Below, one piece after another: positions 12,221 to 21,945 of a stretch of 33,373 bases of DNA. Within the stretch, counting starts at the first letter, position 1, and each line of letters begins with the position of its first letter. The stretch is taken from the NCBI RefSeq assembly GCF_001194135.2, contig NC_068982.1, positions 171,779,395 through 171,812,767 on the forward strand, read 5' to 3'. The DNA is from Octopus bimaculoides. Taxonomy: Eukaryota. Below the pieces are notes generated by a model. The model was not told the DNA's origin and did not search any database. It saw only the letters and a program-made list of their open reading frames with translations. The position numbers were made by a program, and so were the translations under genes.

Positions 12221-12628
12221 TATAGATATATAACTTTGTACATACATGGACTTAATCCTGTCGCCATTTTGGGGTTATGGCTGCCAAACGAAGTCTAATA
12301 CAGATTAAGCAGGCGTTAATTCAAAGCGACAATGGATCTTTCGAGATTTTGACGAAATTCCACTTCAAAGAGTGCAGTTTTGCCTTTAGAGAAATCACGG
12401 TGTTGTTGTTGGTGGACGTGGTGGTGGGTTCGTGGACACCGCCGTCGACGATATTATTTTGATGTTGGTGTTGATGGCGTTGCTGGTTGTAGCGTTGGTG
12501 GTGGTCTTGGTGCTGGTGTGGTAGTTGTGGTTGTTGGATCGCAGTGGTACTGTTTCTACCTTATTTGCTCTTGTGTATGCAATATTATTATAATTATATT
12601 ATTTTTGTTGCTGGTACTGTTATCATCA

Positions 12629-13009
12629 GTGTGGTGGCGCAATGGCCCAGAGGTTAGGGCAGTGGACTCGCGGTCATAGGATCACGGTTTCGATTCCCAG
12701 ACCAGGCGTTGTGAGTGTTTATTGAGCGAAAACACCTGAAGCTCCACGAGGCTCCAGCAGAGGGTGGTACCCTTCTGTACTCTTTCACCACAACTTTCTC
12801 TCCCTCTTACTTCCTGTTTCTGTTGTACCTGTATTTCAAAGGGCCAGCCTTGTCACACTCTGTGTCACGCTGAATATCCCCGAGCACTACGTTAAGAGTA
12901 CACGTGTCTGTGGAGTGCTCAGCCACTTGCACGTTAATTTCACGAGCAGGCTGTTCCGTTGATCGGATCAACTGGAACCCTCGACGTCGTAAGCGACGGA
13001 GTGCCAACA
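12629..13009 (+). mobile_element. tRNA-derived SINE, family B, full length with TSD
   Basis: tRNA-like head GGCGCAATGGCCCAGAGGTTAGGGCAGTGGACTCGCGG...GGTTTCGATTCC (A/B boxes). TSD ACTGTTATCA(T/G)CA at 12616-12628 and 13010-13022. Closely similar end to end to the copy at 13867. Confidence 0.9.
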
Positions 13010-13029
13010 ACTGTTATCAGCAATATGGA

Positions 13030-13240
13030 TTTCAGATTTTGGCATAAGGCCAGCAATTTCGGAGAGGGGGTAGGTCGATTACATCGACCCCAGTGTTCAA
13101 CTCGTACCTATTTTATCGACACCGAATGGATGAAAAGCAAAGTCGACCTCAGCAGAATTTGAACTCAAAATGAGAATTCGAACAAAATGCCGCTACGTAT
13201 CTTGCTCGGCGTGCTAGTGATTCTGCCAGCTCTCCGCCTC
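13030..13240 (-). mobile_element. SINE family A copy
   Basis: Collinear with the other family A copies (TTTTGGCATAAGGCCAGCAATT ... GTCGACCTC ... GAATTTGAACTC ... GATTCTGCCAGCTC). Confidence 0.85.
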
Positions 13241-13353
13241 TTTGTTATTATTGATATTGGTTTCAAATTTGGTACAAGGCTTTTAGTAGATATTTGAAAT
13301 ATAGAGTGATAGTGGGTGATGATGATGATGATGATGATAATGATTTGTTAGTA

Positions 13354-13619
13354 TTAGGTTGGTGCATAATTATTGCGGCTTTTTTTCGTTAATTTTTGTT
13401 TTTCAGCAAAAATAAAATGACAACATTTAACAAAAACATCTTTAAATGATTATTCCGACTGAATATTATTCTGTCTTCCAAGCAAATGGGAAGCAGTAAT
13501 TGAAGTAGATGGGGAATATGCTCCGGAATAATCATTTAAAGATGATTTTGTTAAATGTTATTGCTTTTGTTGAATAAAATTTATTGAAAAAAAGCCACAA
13601 TAATTATGCTCCACCCTAA
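13354..13619. mobile_element. Mariner-derived MITE (MADE1/Hsmar-like TIRs) with TA TSD
   Basis: TA|TTAGGTTGGTGCATAATTATTGCGGCTTTTTT ... AAAAAAGCCACAATAATTATGCTCCACCCTAA|TA, with long internal inverted arms. The centre encodes LPSKWEAVIEVDGEYAPE*, a mariner transposase C-terminus. Confidence 0.9.
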
Positions 13620-13621
13620 TA

Positions 13622-13824
13622 TTATTGGTTTTAAATTTTGGCACAAGACCAGAAAGACCAAGGGAAGAGGTAAGTCGATTTCCCCCACTCCAGTGCACAA
13701 CTGGTGCTTATTTTATCCATACCGGAAGGACAAAAGGTAAAGCTGACCTCAGAACGTAAAGATAGACGAAATACCGCTAAGCATTTCACCCGGCGTGCTA
13801 ACGATTCAGCCAGCTCACCGTCTT
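13622..13824 (-). mobile_element. SINE family A copy (internal deletion)
   Basis: Collinear with the other family A copies. Confidence 0.8.
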
Positions 13825-13866
13825 ATTACTTACCATTAGTATTTTTTGCTGCTTGTGTTTATGGCG

Positions 13867-14252
13867 TGGAGGCGCAATAGCCCAGTGGTTAGAGCAGCGG
13901 ACTCGCGGTTGTGGGATCGCGGTTTCGATTCCCAGACCGGGCATTGTTTGTGTTTATTGAGCGAAAACGCCTAAAGTTCCACGAGGCTCCGGCAGGAGAT
14001 GGTGGCGAACCCTGCTGTACTCTGCCACCACAACTTTCTCTCACTCTTACTTCCTGTTTCTGTTGTGCCTGTAATTCAAAGGGGCAGCCTTGTCACACTC
14101 TGTGTCACGTTAAATCCCCCCCGAGAACCACGTTAAGGGTACACGTGTCTGTGGAGTGCTCAGCCACTTGCACGTTAATTTCACGAGCAGGCTGTTCCGT
14201 TGATCGGATCAGATGGAACCCTCATCGTCGTAACCGACGGAGTGCCAACCAA
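13867..14252 (+). mobile_element. tRNA-derived SINE, family B, full length with a 12-bp TSD
   Basis: TSD GTGTTTATGGCG at 13855-13866 and 14253-14264; tRNA-like head with A/B boxes. Confidence 0.9.
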
Positions 14253-14755
14253 GTGTTTATGGCGAATATGTTGGAAGTTATCGTAGTGGGGGGCAGCTAA
14301 ATGCTGCCTGCGCAGAATATGGTTTTAGGAGTGATAGTAGAGTTTACAAGTAGCAGTGTTATGGCTGAGAATTTTGCATTCATCACACACACAAACACAC
14401 ACACACGCAAACACATACAGACAGTCATACACTCAAACGCATATCTAGGGCTTGTAAAGGATTTAGTTTGATCTTGGTTCTAGTCGTAGGGAGCTTATCG
14501 CTGTTGTGACATTTCTTGCTACTGTTACTGTTGTTGTTCTTGTAGTCTGATGTTGATGTTATTCTTAGCGTGACCATCCCATCTTTTTTACTTCCGACAA
14601 CGTATTTGTTGTATGACTAGATTTTCCGTGATTTCATTCCGTTTTATTGTATATTTTTAACACACTGCAAGATGTACTTAAAGGGAAATTTTGCTGCAAG
14701 TCGTTCTCTTGTTAATAATGTTGATATTAATGTTTTTGCAGCTGCTAGTGCAGCA

Positions 14756-14756
14756 A

Positions 14757-14835
<79 letters not shown>

Positions 14836-14880
14836 TTTTCTTGTTGTAGTTGCTGTTGTTGTTGTTGTTGGGTGGTGGTT
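14756..14880. repeat. (GTA)n-(GTT)n microsatellite
   Basis: Direct reading. Confidence 0.95.
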
Positions 14881-15739
14881 GTGGTGGAAACTTTTAAAGC
14901 GACCGGTTTGAAAATTGTTCTTTGTTGTATTTTTCATTCTTATTTACTTAAATCGTATTTACTTTTTATGTTTTTTTATCCTACTTCGACAGAAAGGGCG
15001 CACGGTATTCATTCAGGCTAATTAATTTTTCTCGCCCCTTATAAAAAACTACTCTGTTTCTCTAAGACCCAAAAATAGATGCTTAAGATTGTTATTAGTA
15101 TTGAAAACCAATGGACGGAATTCTGTTAGAAACAAAGAGTGTTCCTGGTTTGAAAGAAACAATGGAGATCTCTAAACATTGAAGCTGATTGGGCATTAAT
15201 AACTGTTAAAATTTTCCAAACGCAGAGAAACTGAAAAACTTGCTGCTTCAATTTGTTCCAAAGGCATCTTAGAATAAACCTCTCTGGTAACATGTGTACA
15301 ACTCGGCTGTTAATGAATCGTGAGATCTTCTACCACTGTCATTTTCTCTGTATTTAATAATGTAGCCAAACAGAACAGCGGGATTTTTGACAACTTAAGT
15401 CCATTTATGAGAAGATGCACCTGCTCTCCTCTGACAATTCACATTTGTTGCTATGTATTCAAACGTGTAAACATGGACATAATGATTGAGTAACAATGAA
15501 TTTTTTTTTTTTTTTTTTTTTTTGGCATCATGAATGAACACCTGGATGTGTCGTATTTTATCAGTGACGTAAACTAGATATATTTTTCTTGCTATATTAA
15601 TTACTGCAAAAATTCGCCATGGTATCATCATGTAACAGTTGTACTTGCCGGTGAATAAGCTTGTAGAGTTACATATTCAATATTTTACTTAATTCTGATT
15701 TTGATTCTTTAAAATAAGTTTGATTCAAATTTCACGATG

Positions 15740-16010
15740 CCGAAAAGGGTGTATACGTTTGCGACAGAACTCAAGAAGGATTATCAGTTTCTGGGAAGAC
15801 GAAGTCACCACCTCAGAGGTCCTTAGTAGAATAGTATCCTAGATTATATCTGCAATGCTCAGCTATCGTTGCTGTGATGGATTGCCCAGGTGCGCAGCAT
15901 GAACGGGGGACGCATGCCTTAGGATCTCCTGTACGGTCGGCTAACGTGTGGATAGCGCCCAATAGGTCATTCATTCGTAAACTGTGGGGATGCGTGCAAA
16001 AGAAACAGGG
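15740..16010 (+). mobile_element. RTE-clade LINE remnant (C-terminal end of the ORF, decayed)
   Basis: Translation across frameshifts and stops: RRIISFWEDEVTTSEVLSR ... LL*WIAQVRSMNGGRMP*DLLYGRLTCG*RPIGH ... KLWDACKRN. This matches the RTE pattern RRILGISWQDKVTNTEVL..R ... LRWLGHVRRMEDGRIPKDLLYGEL..GKRP.GRP.LRYKDVCKRD. Confidence 0.8.
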
Positions 16011-16229
16011 GTGAAAAAAGCAAACTGCAATAAGAACTGTCACCCTGAAATATGTTTACATATACATTATGTCATTATAATGAGGGTATGGGAAGGGTAG
16101 AGAGGAATTCGAAAGAGAAATGGAATGAAAAGAAACGATAAGAAGAAATTTCCATCTCTCACTGAGACATTTAGAAATTCGTTACTTCTAATTTCTGTTA
16201 CCAGTGAATAGTATTTCACTGAAATAGTA

Positions 16230-16368
16230 TATCCTTACGAAGCTTAGACAGATTTCTTCAGCTAGCCAGTCATGCTACTTCAGGCTGATGACGAGCAAAG
16301 ACTCAGAAACATGTCCCTGAATGCAGGCTGGGCTTGCTGGAGGAGTTTGTCTCCCCTTCGTAAGGATA
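16230..16368 (+). ncRNA. Type I hammerhead ribozyme (HHR1) at the tip of a 55-nt extended stem I
   Basis: Stem I TTCAGG 16279-84 / CCTGAA 16316-21; core CTGATGA 16285-91; stem II (C)GAG-CAAAGA-CTC(A) 16292-16305; GAAA 16306-09; palindromic stem III ACATGT 16309-14; GUC triplet with predicted cleavage after 16315. The arms 16230-16284 and 16316-16368 pair nearly throughout, with several G-U pairs. Confidence 0.8.
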
Positions 16369-16474
16369 AGGGCACAGAAAGTGTGTCAAGGCCTAATAGG
16401 AAGCGGTCTGGCTTCCTAGGGCTAAACAGCAGTAGTATATTCCCTTAATGGGACTGTCACGTTAAGTTGGTAGT

Positions 16475-17150
16475 NNNNNNNNNNNNNNNNNNNNNNNNNN
16501 NNNNNNNNNNNNNNNNNNNNNNNNNNNNNNNNNNNNNNNNNNNNNNNNNNNNNNNNNNNNNNNNNNNNNNNNNNNNNNNNNNNNNNNNNNNNNNNNNNNN
16601 NNNNNNNNNNNNNNNNNNNNNNNNNNNNNNNNNNNNNNNNNNNNNNNNNNNNNNNNNNNNNNNNNNNNNNNNNNNNNNNNNNNNNNNNNNNNNNNNNNNN
16701 NNNNNNNNNNNNNNNNNNNNNNNNNNNNNNNNNNNNNNNNNNNNNNNNNNNNNNNNNNNNNNNNNNNNNNNNNNNNNNNNNNNNNNNNNNNNNNNNNNNN
16801 NNNNNNNNNNNNNNNNNNNNNNNNNNNNNNNNNNNNNNNNNNNNNNNNNNNNNNNNNNNNNNNNNNNNNNNNNNNNNNNNNNNNNNNNNNNNNNNNNNNN
16901 NNNNNNNNNNNNNNNNNNNNNNNNNNNNNNNNNNNNNNNNNNNNNNNNNNNNNNNNNNNNNNNNNNNNNNNNNNNNNNNNNNNNNNNNNNNNNNNNNNNN
17001 NNNNNNNNNNNNNNNNNNNNNNNNNNNNNNNNNNNNNNNNNNNNNNNNNNNNNNNNNNNNNNNNNNNNNNNNNNNNNNNNNNNNNNNNNNNNNNNNNNNN
17101 NNNNNNNNNNNNNNNNNNNNNNNNNNNNNNNNNNNNNNNNNNNNNNNNNN
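16475..17150. other. Assembly gap (N run) immediately downstream of the HHR1 element
   Basis: Direct reading. Confidence 1.
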
Positions 17151-17483
17151 TATATATATATATATATATTCCCCATGGTGGACCGCTGAAATTTACAAGT
17201 CTTTTTCATTCTCTCTGTTTATTTTCTCTTGCTCCTTTCCGTTGAAGAGTGTAGGTTCGAAACGTAAAAGACTTTTTACTTTTTCATTATTCCCAAGCGT
17301 TAAACTAATACACTTGCTTGTTGATCATACACCATTCTTCGTCTTCTGTTTTTCTATAAATTTAAACGATAGATAGATAGATAGCTAGATAGATATGTAT
17401 GTGTGTGCAGCGTTTGTGTTTGTGAGGGAGAGAGAGGATGAGACATGTATACATGCATATGTACACCGATACATATATCTGTA

Positions 17484-18683
17484 CGGGAGTGAGTAGAAAA
17501 GTTCGTAGGCTTACGATGAAGAAGCACTGCGTGAGCTGCATTATTTTCAACCTTTCTTATTAATAACATGTCACTCTTCAAAGGAAACTTCGAATGTTAC
17601 TAGTAGCGACCTCTCTTGAAAATGGTCAAAATTTCGCATCGTGATGTTATCATGTACCTTCACATAAAGTCTTAACGCCAAGGACGTTCATGCTGATATG
17701 CTTTCTACATTAGAGGATGAAGCTCCAGTTTTACCAGCAGTGCAAAGTGGGAGAAGAATTTTGGAGGGTAAGGGAAAGTCTTGAAGATGATCCAAGGTCT
17801 GCACGTCTTGCAACTAACGCCACTATGTTCACCGCTTAGTAATGGATGTCAGGCGGTGATTCACTATAAATCAAATAGCCAATGCTATTAGCACATCGGG
17901 TGAGAGAGTTTAGAATATTCTGAGCAATGAACTTGGCACGACGAACGTTTCCTCTCGGTAAATGGCATGTCTTCTGACACCTGATCAAAACCGCACCAGA
18001 TTAATCAAGTGACGGAAAAAGTTTGACATTGCTTGAGGCAGATCCAGTTGGCTTCTTAACCCAGGATGTGCGTGTTGGGTCCATCACTTTGAGCCAGAAA
18101 CAGAGAGACAATCCAAACTGTGGAAAAACTCCTACTCATCTACTCCACAGAAGGCCAAGATCGTTTCATCTGCAAAGAAATTGATGGCCTAATTCTTTTG
18201 GATACAAAAAAGTATTGTTTATTGACCACACCATCAGTTGAGGGTATTATTCCAGCTTGCAGAAGCAATTACGGAAGGATATCAAAACCAAACACCCAAG
18301 AAAAGTGACGCAAAGGGTTTTGTCTCATTAGGACAGTGCTTCAGCTCACAAATTCTTCGTTTCAATGGCTGTTGTGCGTGTCTGTGGCTTTGAACTGGTT
18401 GATCAGCCTCCATGTTCTTCTGATTTGACACCGTCTGACGATCATCTGTCACAGAACATGAAAAGGCATTTCACTGGGAACCAGTGTCACAGTGATGATA
18501 ACGCCCTATCTGTTGTTGATCATTTTTTTTTTCTTTGAGCAACAAAAGAAAAGCTTCTTCACTAATGGGATGAAAGCTCTGCAACACCAATAGAAGAAGT
18601 GTGCGGAACCGCAAAGGCGCAAGTGGGACTATGTTGAAAAATAAAATTCGTTTGTCAGCCTATGAACTTTTCAGCCGGCCCTC
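17484..18683 (+). mobile_element. Full-length decayed mariner DNA transposon; transposase pseudogene about 17622-18644
   Basis: TA-flanked imperfect TIRs (...GAAAAGTTCGTAGGCT / AGCCTATGAACTTTTC...). Translated pieces across stops and frameshifts: RESLEDDPRS, SSR*MACLLTPDQ (WVPRLL equivalent), WVHHFEPETERQSKLW, H*DSASAHK, PPCSSDLTPSD (YSPDLAPSD equivalent), WDYVEK*. Confidence 0.95.
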
Positions 18684-18699
18684 TACATATACGGGTGAG

Positions 18700-18941
18700 T
18701 GCTCATCGATATGTGTGTGTATGAATATACATACATATGCATGCATGTATGTGTATATATATGCGTGTGTGTGTGTGTGCGTGTTTGTGTGTGTGTGTGT
18801 GTGTGTGTACATATACATTTGCGTATACATACGCACACACATACACACACACACACACACAGAACTAAATAGATATGCATATTCACGCATGCCTGTATTC
18901 ATGTATACACGTACTCGATTTTATACATCTCTCGCGTGTAT

Positions 18942-19025
<84 letters not shown>

Positions 19026-19092
19026 TATCTAGCTATCTCTATACATACACAGTCACATACGCACGCATACACACACGCACGCACACACACGG

Positions 19093-19128
<36 letters not shown>

Positions 19129-19140
19129 ACACACACATCG
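18700..19140. repeat. Compound (GT)n/(CA)n/(CT)n microsatellite block
   Basis: Direct reading. Confidence 0.95.
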
Positions 19141-19421
19141 CTGTATATCGCTGTCAACCAATCTATTTCCCTATTACCAATATATCATTATTCTTTTACA
19201 ATTTACATGCGTTTGTCTCCTTCTGTTAATTTCTGTGAATCTATCTACATGTCCATCTGTTGATCTGTCAAAGTCTAATTATTTATTTGATGCCTAAGGC
19301 AGATGGATACATAACTATTTAACTCATATGTAAAATACATCTCTACATACACACATGAATACACACACACGCACACACACACACATGAAATTACATAAAT
19401 GACAAAGTAGCAAGAAAATCT

Positions 19422-19587
19422 GCAATGAAATTCGTTAGCTTACAACTGTTTCTTCTATAAAATACAGTGCACTTATATATAGATGGTTTCCTAAAAAAGC
19501 TTTAAGGTTCAAGGAATATATAAAGCTCTCAGCTCTGACCACTACATTTCGGAGCCAAAACTGCTGTAAGCTAATGAAGTTCATTGC
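19422..19587. repeat. 30-bp inverted repeat pair enclosing about 106 bp
   Basis: GCAATGAAATTCGTTAGCTTACAACTGTTT (19422-51) versus the reverse complement of 19558-87: 4 mismatches in 30. Confidence 0.8.
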
Positions 19588-19720
19588 GTAATTTCCAATT
19601 CGTTTGTCTTTCGTTTAATATGATATTAGGTTCTGTACTCGATTACTGTTTCGTTCTGAAACATATGTATGTTGAGTTCTACCACCAGGTTATTAATATC
19701 GCTATGTCAATGCAAAAACC

Positions 19721-19900
19721 CTTGACAACCAATGCTGGAGTGTGTTTGCGTCCTCGTAACTTAGCGGTTCGGCAAAAATGACCGATAGAATAAGTACAAC
19801 GCTTACAAAGAATAAGCTCTGGGGTCGATTTGCTCGACTATAGAGCGGTGCTCCAGCATGGCTGCAGTCAAATGACTGAAACAAGTAAAAGAGTAAGGGA
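19721..19900 (+). mobile_element. 3' module (D) of composite SINE family C/D
   Basis: CTTGACAACC...CGTAACTTAGCGGTTCGGC...CCGATAGAATAAGTAC...CCAGCATGG...TGAAACAAGTAAAAG is shared with 21075-21273 and 26547-26760. Confidence 0.8.
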
Positions 19901-19956
19901 GTATATATATATATATAAGTCAGTAAATAGTGGGTTTTCCTATATATATATATATA

Positions 19957-20116
19957 CAGAAGTGGCTGCGTGGTAAGTAGCTTTCTTACCGACCACATGG
20001 TTCCGGGTTCAGTCCCACTACGTGGCACCTTGGGCAAGTGTCTTCTACTATAGCCTCGAGCCGACCAAAGCCTTGTGAGTGGATTTGGTAGACGGAAACT
20101 GAAAGAAGTCTGTCGT
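19957..20116 (+). mobile_element. 5' module (C) of composite tRNA-SINE family C/D
   Basis: tRNA-like head GGCTGCGTGGTAAG...GGGTTCAGTCCC, then a CORE-like ACCTTGGGCAAGTGTCTT and AAAGCCTTGTGAGTGGATTTGGTAGACGGAAACTGAAAG, followed by (AT)n(GT)n. Confidence 0.85.
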
Positions 20117-20123
20117 ATATATG

Positions 20124-20160
<37 letters not shown>

Positions 20161-20171
20161 ATGTATGTATG

Positions 20172-20445
20172 TATATTGGCCGCCTACACTTTTTTTCTGC
20201 AAAATAGGGGTAGTTTATCCTGTTCAGGCTATATTATTAGCATTATTCTGCGTTTGAGAATTTAAAAATCACTTCTTTAACTTTCTAAGAGNNNNNNNNN
20301 NNNNNNNNNNNNNNNNNNNNNNNNNNNNNNNNNNNNNNNNNNNNNNNNNNNNNNNNNNNNNNNNNNNNNNNNNNNNNNNNNNNNNNNNNNNNNNNNNNNN
20401 NNNNNNNNNNNNNNNNNNNNNNNNNNNNNNNNNNNNNNNNNNNNN

Positions 20446-20500
<55 letters not shown>

Positions 20501-20631
20501 ATGTATGTATGTATATTGGCCGCCTACACTTTTTTTCTGCAAAATAGGGGTAGTTTATCCTGTTCAGGCTATATTATTAGCATTATTCTGCGTTTGAGAA
20601 TTTAAAAATCACTTCTTTAACTTTCTAAGAG
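20172..20631. other. Identical sequence on both sides of the gap 20292-20445; probable scaffolding overlap artefact
   Basis: 20172-20291 is identical to 20512-20631, each preceded by the same (TA)(GT)(TATG) run, and the first copy ends exactly at the gap. Confidence 0.75.
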
Positions 20632-20867
20632 ATCTCAACGCTTCTAAAAGCAAACTTCGTTTATTTGTTTATGTTTATCGTAACTTGAATTTAATATATA
20701 TATATATATTTACTCGTATATCTATTGTAAAATAAAACACGTATGCTTTAAAGGACATACACACTCTAACAAAATACTTACTCAGTTACTTTTCTACAAC
20801 TGTTATGTTATTATTTGGACACTTTACTGAAACGCGTTTATGCCCAATAAACACTATACATGATTTT

Positions 20868-21007
20868 GGTAAAACGCTTGTTTCCGAATTACATGGTACC
20901 GGGTTCAGTCCCCCTGTGTGGCACTTTGCGTAAGTGTCTTCTATAGCCTCGGGCCGACAAAAGCCTTGTGAGTGGATTTGAGAGACGGAAACTGAAAGAA
21001 TCTCGTC

Positions 21008-21056
<49 letters not shown>

Positions 21057-21273
21057 TGCGTGTATGTCTAAGTGTATACCTCTGTGTCTGTGTTTGTCTC
21101 CCCATCACCGCTTGACAACCGGTGTTGGTGTGTCTACGTCCCTGTAACTTAACGTTTCTGCAAAAGAAACCGATAGAATAATTACTAGGCTTAAAAAATA
21201 AGTCCTGAGCTCAAGCCGTGTTCCAGCATGGAGGCAATCTAATGATTGAAACAAAGTAAAAGAATAAAAGAAT
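20868..21273 (+). mobile_element. Composite SINE C-(AT/GT)n-D
   Basis: Module C about 20868-21010, internal microsatellite about 21010-21065, module D about 21075-21273. Confidence 0.85.
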
Positions 21274-21344
21274 ATATATATATATATAAACACACACACA
21301 AACATATACATATGTACGTATTTATATGTGTATGTATGAATATA

Positions 21345-21608
21345 TTACTGTATCGACTAGATTATCGGATGTGTTATACGCCGCTGATCACAATGCGCTT
21401 TCACACTTTGTTGTAGCTTTCGGCCAGCCTTTCTTCTGAAGTGGGTGTCAGTTCGTCGCGGAATTACCCATTTCCAGTTGAGCGGACAAGATCAGCGTAA
21501 AACGAAGCATTATGTTGAAGAACACGTAGTACCGCACGTCTGAGAATCGAAACTAGGATATTGCGATCGTGAGTGCAATACCATAGCCACTGAGCAACGC
21601 ACCTTCAC
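21345..21608 (-). mobile_element. Diverged tRNA-derived SINE, family F
   Basis: The minus strand starts GTGAAGGTGCGTTGCTCAGTGGCTATGG...AGTTTCGATTCTCAG (A/B boxes). Its later module GCGACGAACTGACACCCACTTCAG resembles GTGACGGACCGGTGCCCTGTCCAG of the element at 30289-30579. Confidence 0.65.
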
Positions 21609-21625
21609 TATGTGTGCGTGTGTGT

Positions 21626-21679
<54 letters not shown>

Positions 21680-21887
21680 GTATGTTTGTGTGTATGTAAA
21701 TATATATATATACATAGTAACATAGTAATGTATATATGCCAACAGAATGTAGCAGCCCTATAAAAGACTATGTTACTGTTGTTTTAGCCCCAGGAAAACT
21801 TCTTTTCCAGCTGGTTATCGACACACAGTTTGTGTCCGTATAGCATTTGCAAGGGGGGGGGGGCATCGCTCCTATCTCTAGCCTTAC

Positions 21888-21945
21888 GTGATACTCACAG
21901 ACTTAGGTTTCTGAACGTTATCCGTCCTCAGTGTACGGATGTATT

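Noticed and set aside
12629-12720. tRNA-like sequences at SINE heads (also at 13867, 19957, 26342 and 30500-30579)
   Set aside because: They lack a complete cloverleaf and acceptor stem, continue into shared SINE bodies, and several have TSDs, so they are not tRNA genes.
16225-16447. TAGTATAT(T)CC(C)TTA occurring near both 16225 and 16433 as a possible TSD or monomer boundary of the HHR1 element
   Set aside because: The match is short, AT-rich and imperfect, the sequences diverge immediately on both sides, and homology to the second element continues past it.
19422-19587. Inverted repeats containing GAAACAG(T/C)TGTA-like sequence resembling a Penelope HHR stem III
   Set aside because: Neither arm has an intact CTGANGA at the required distance; kept only as an inverted repeat.
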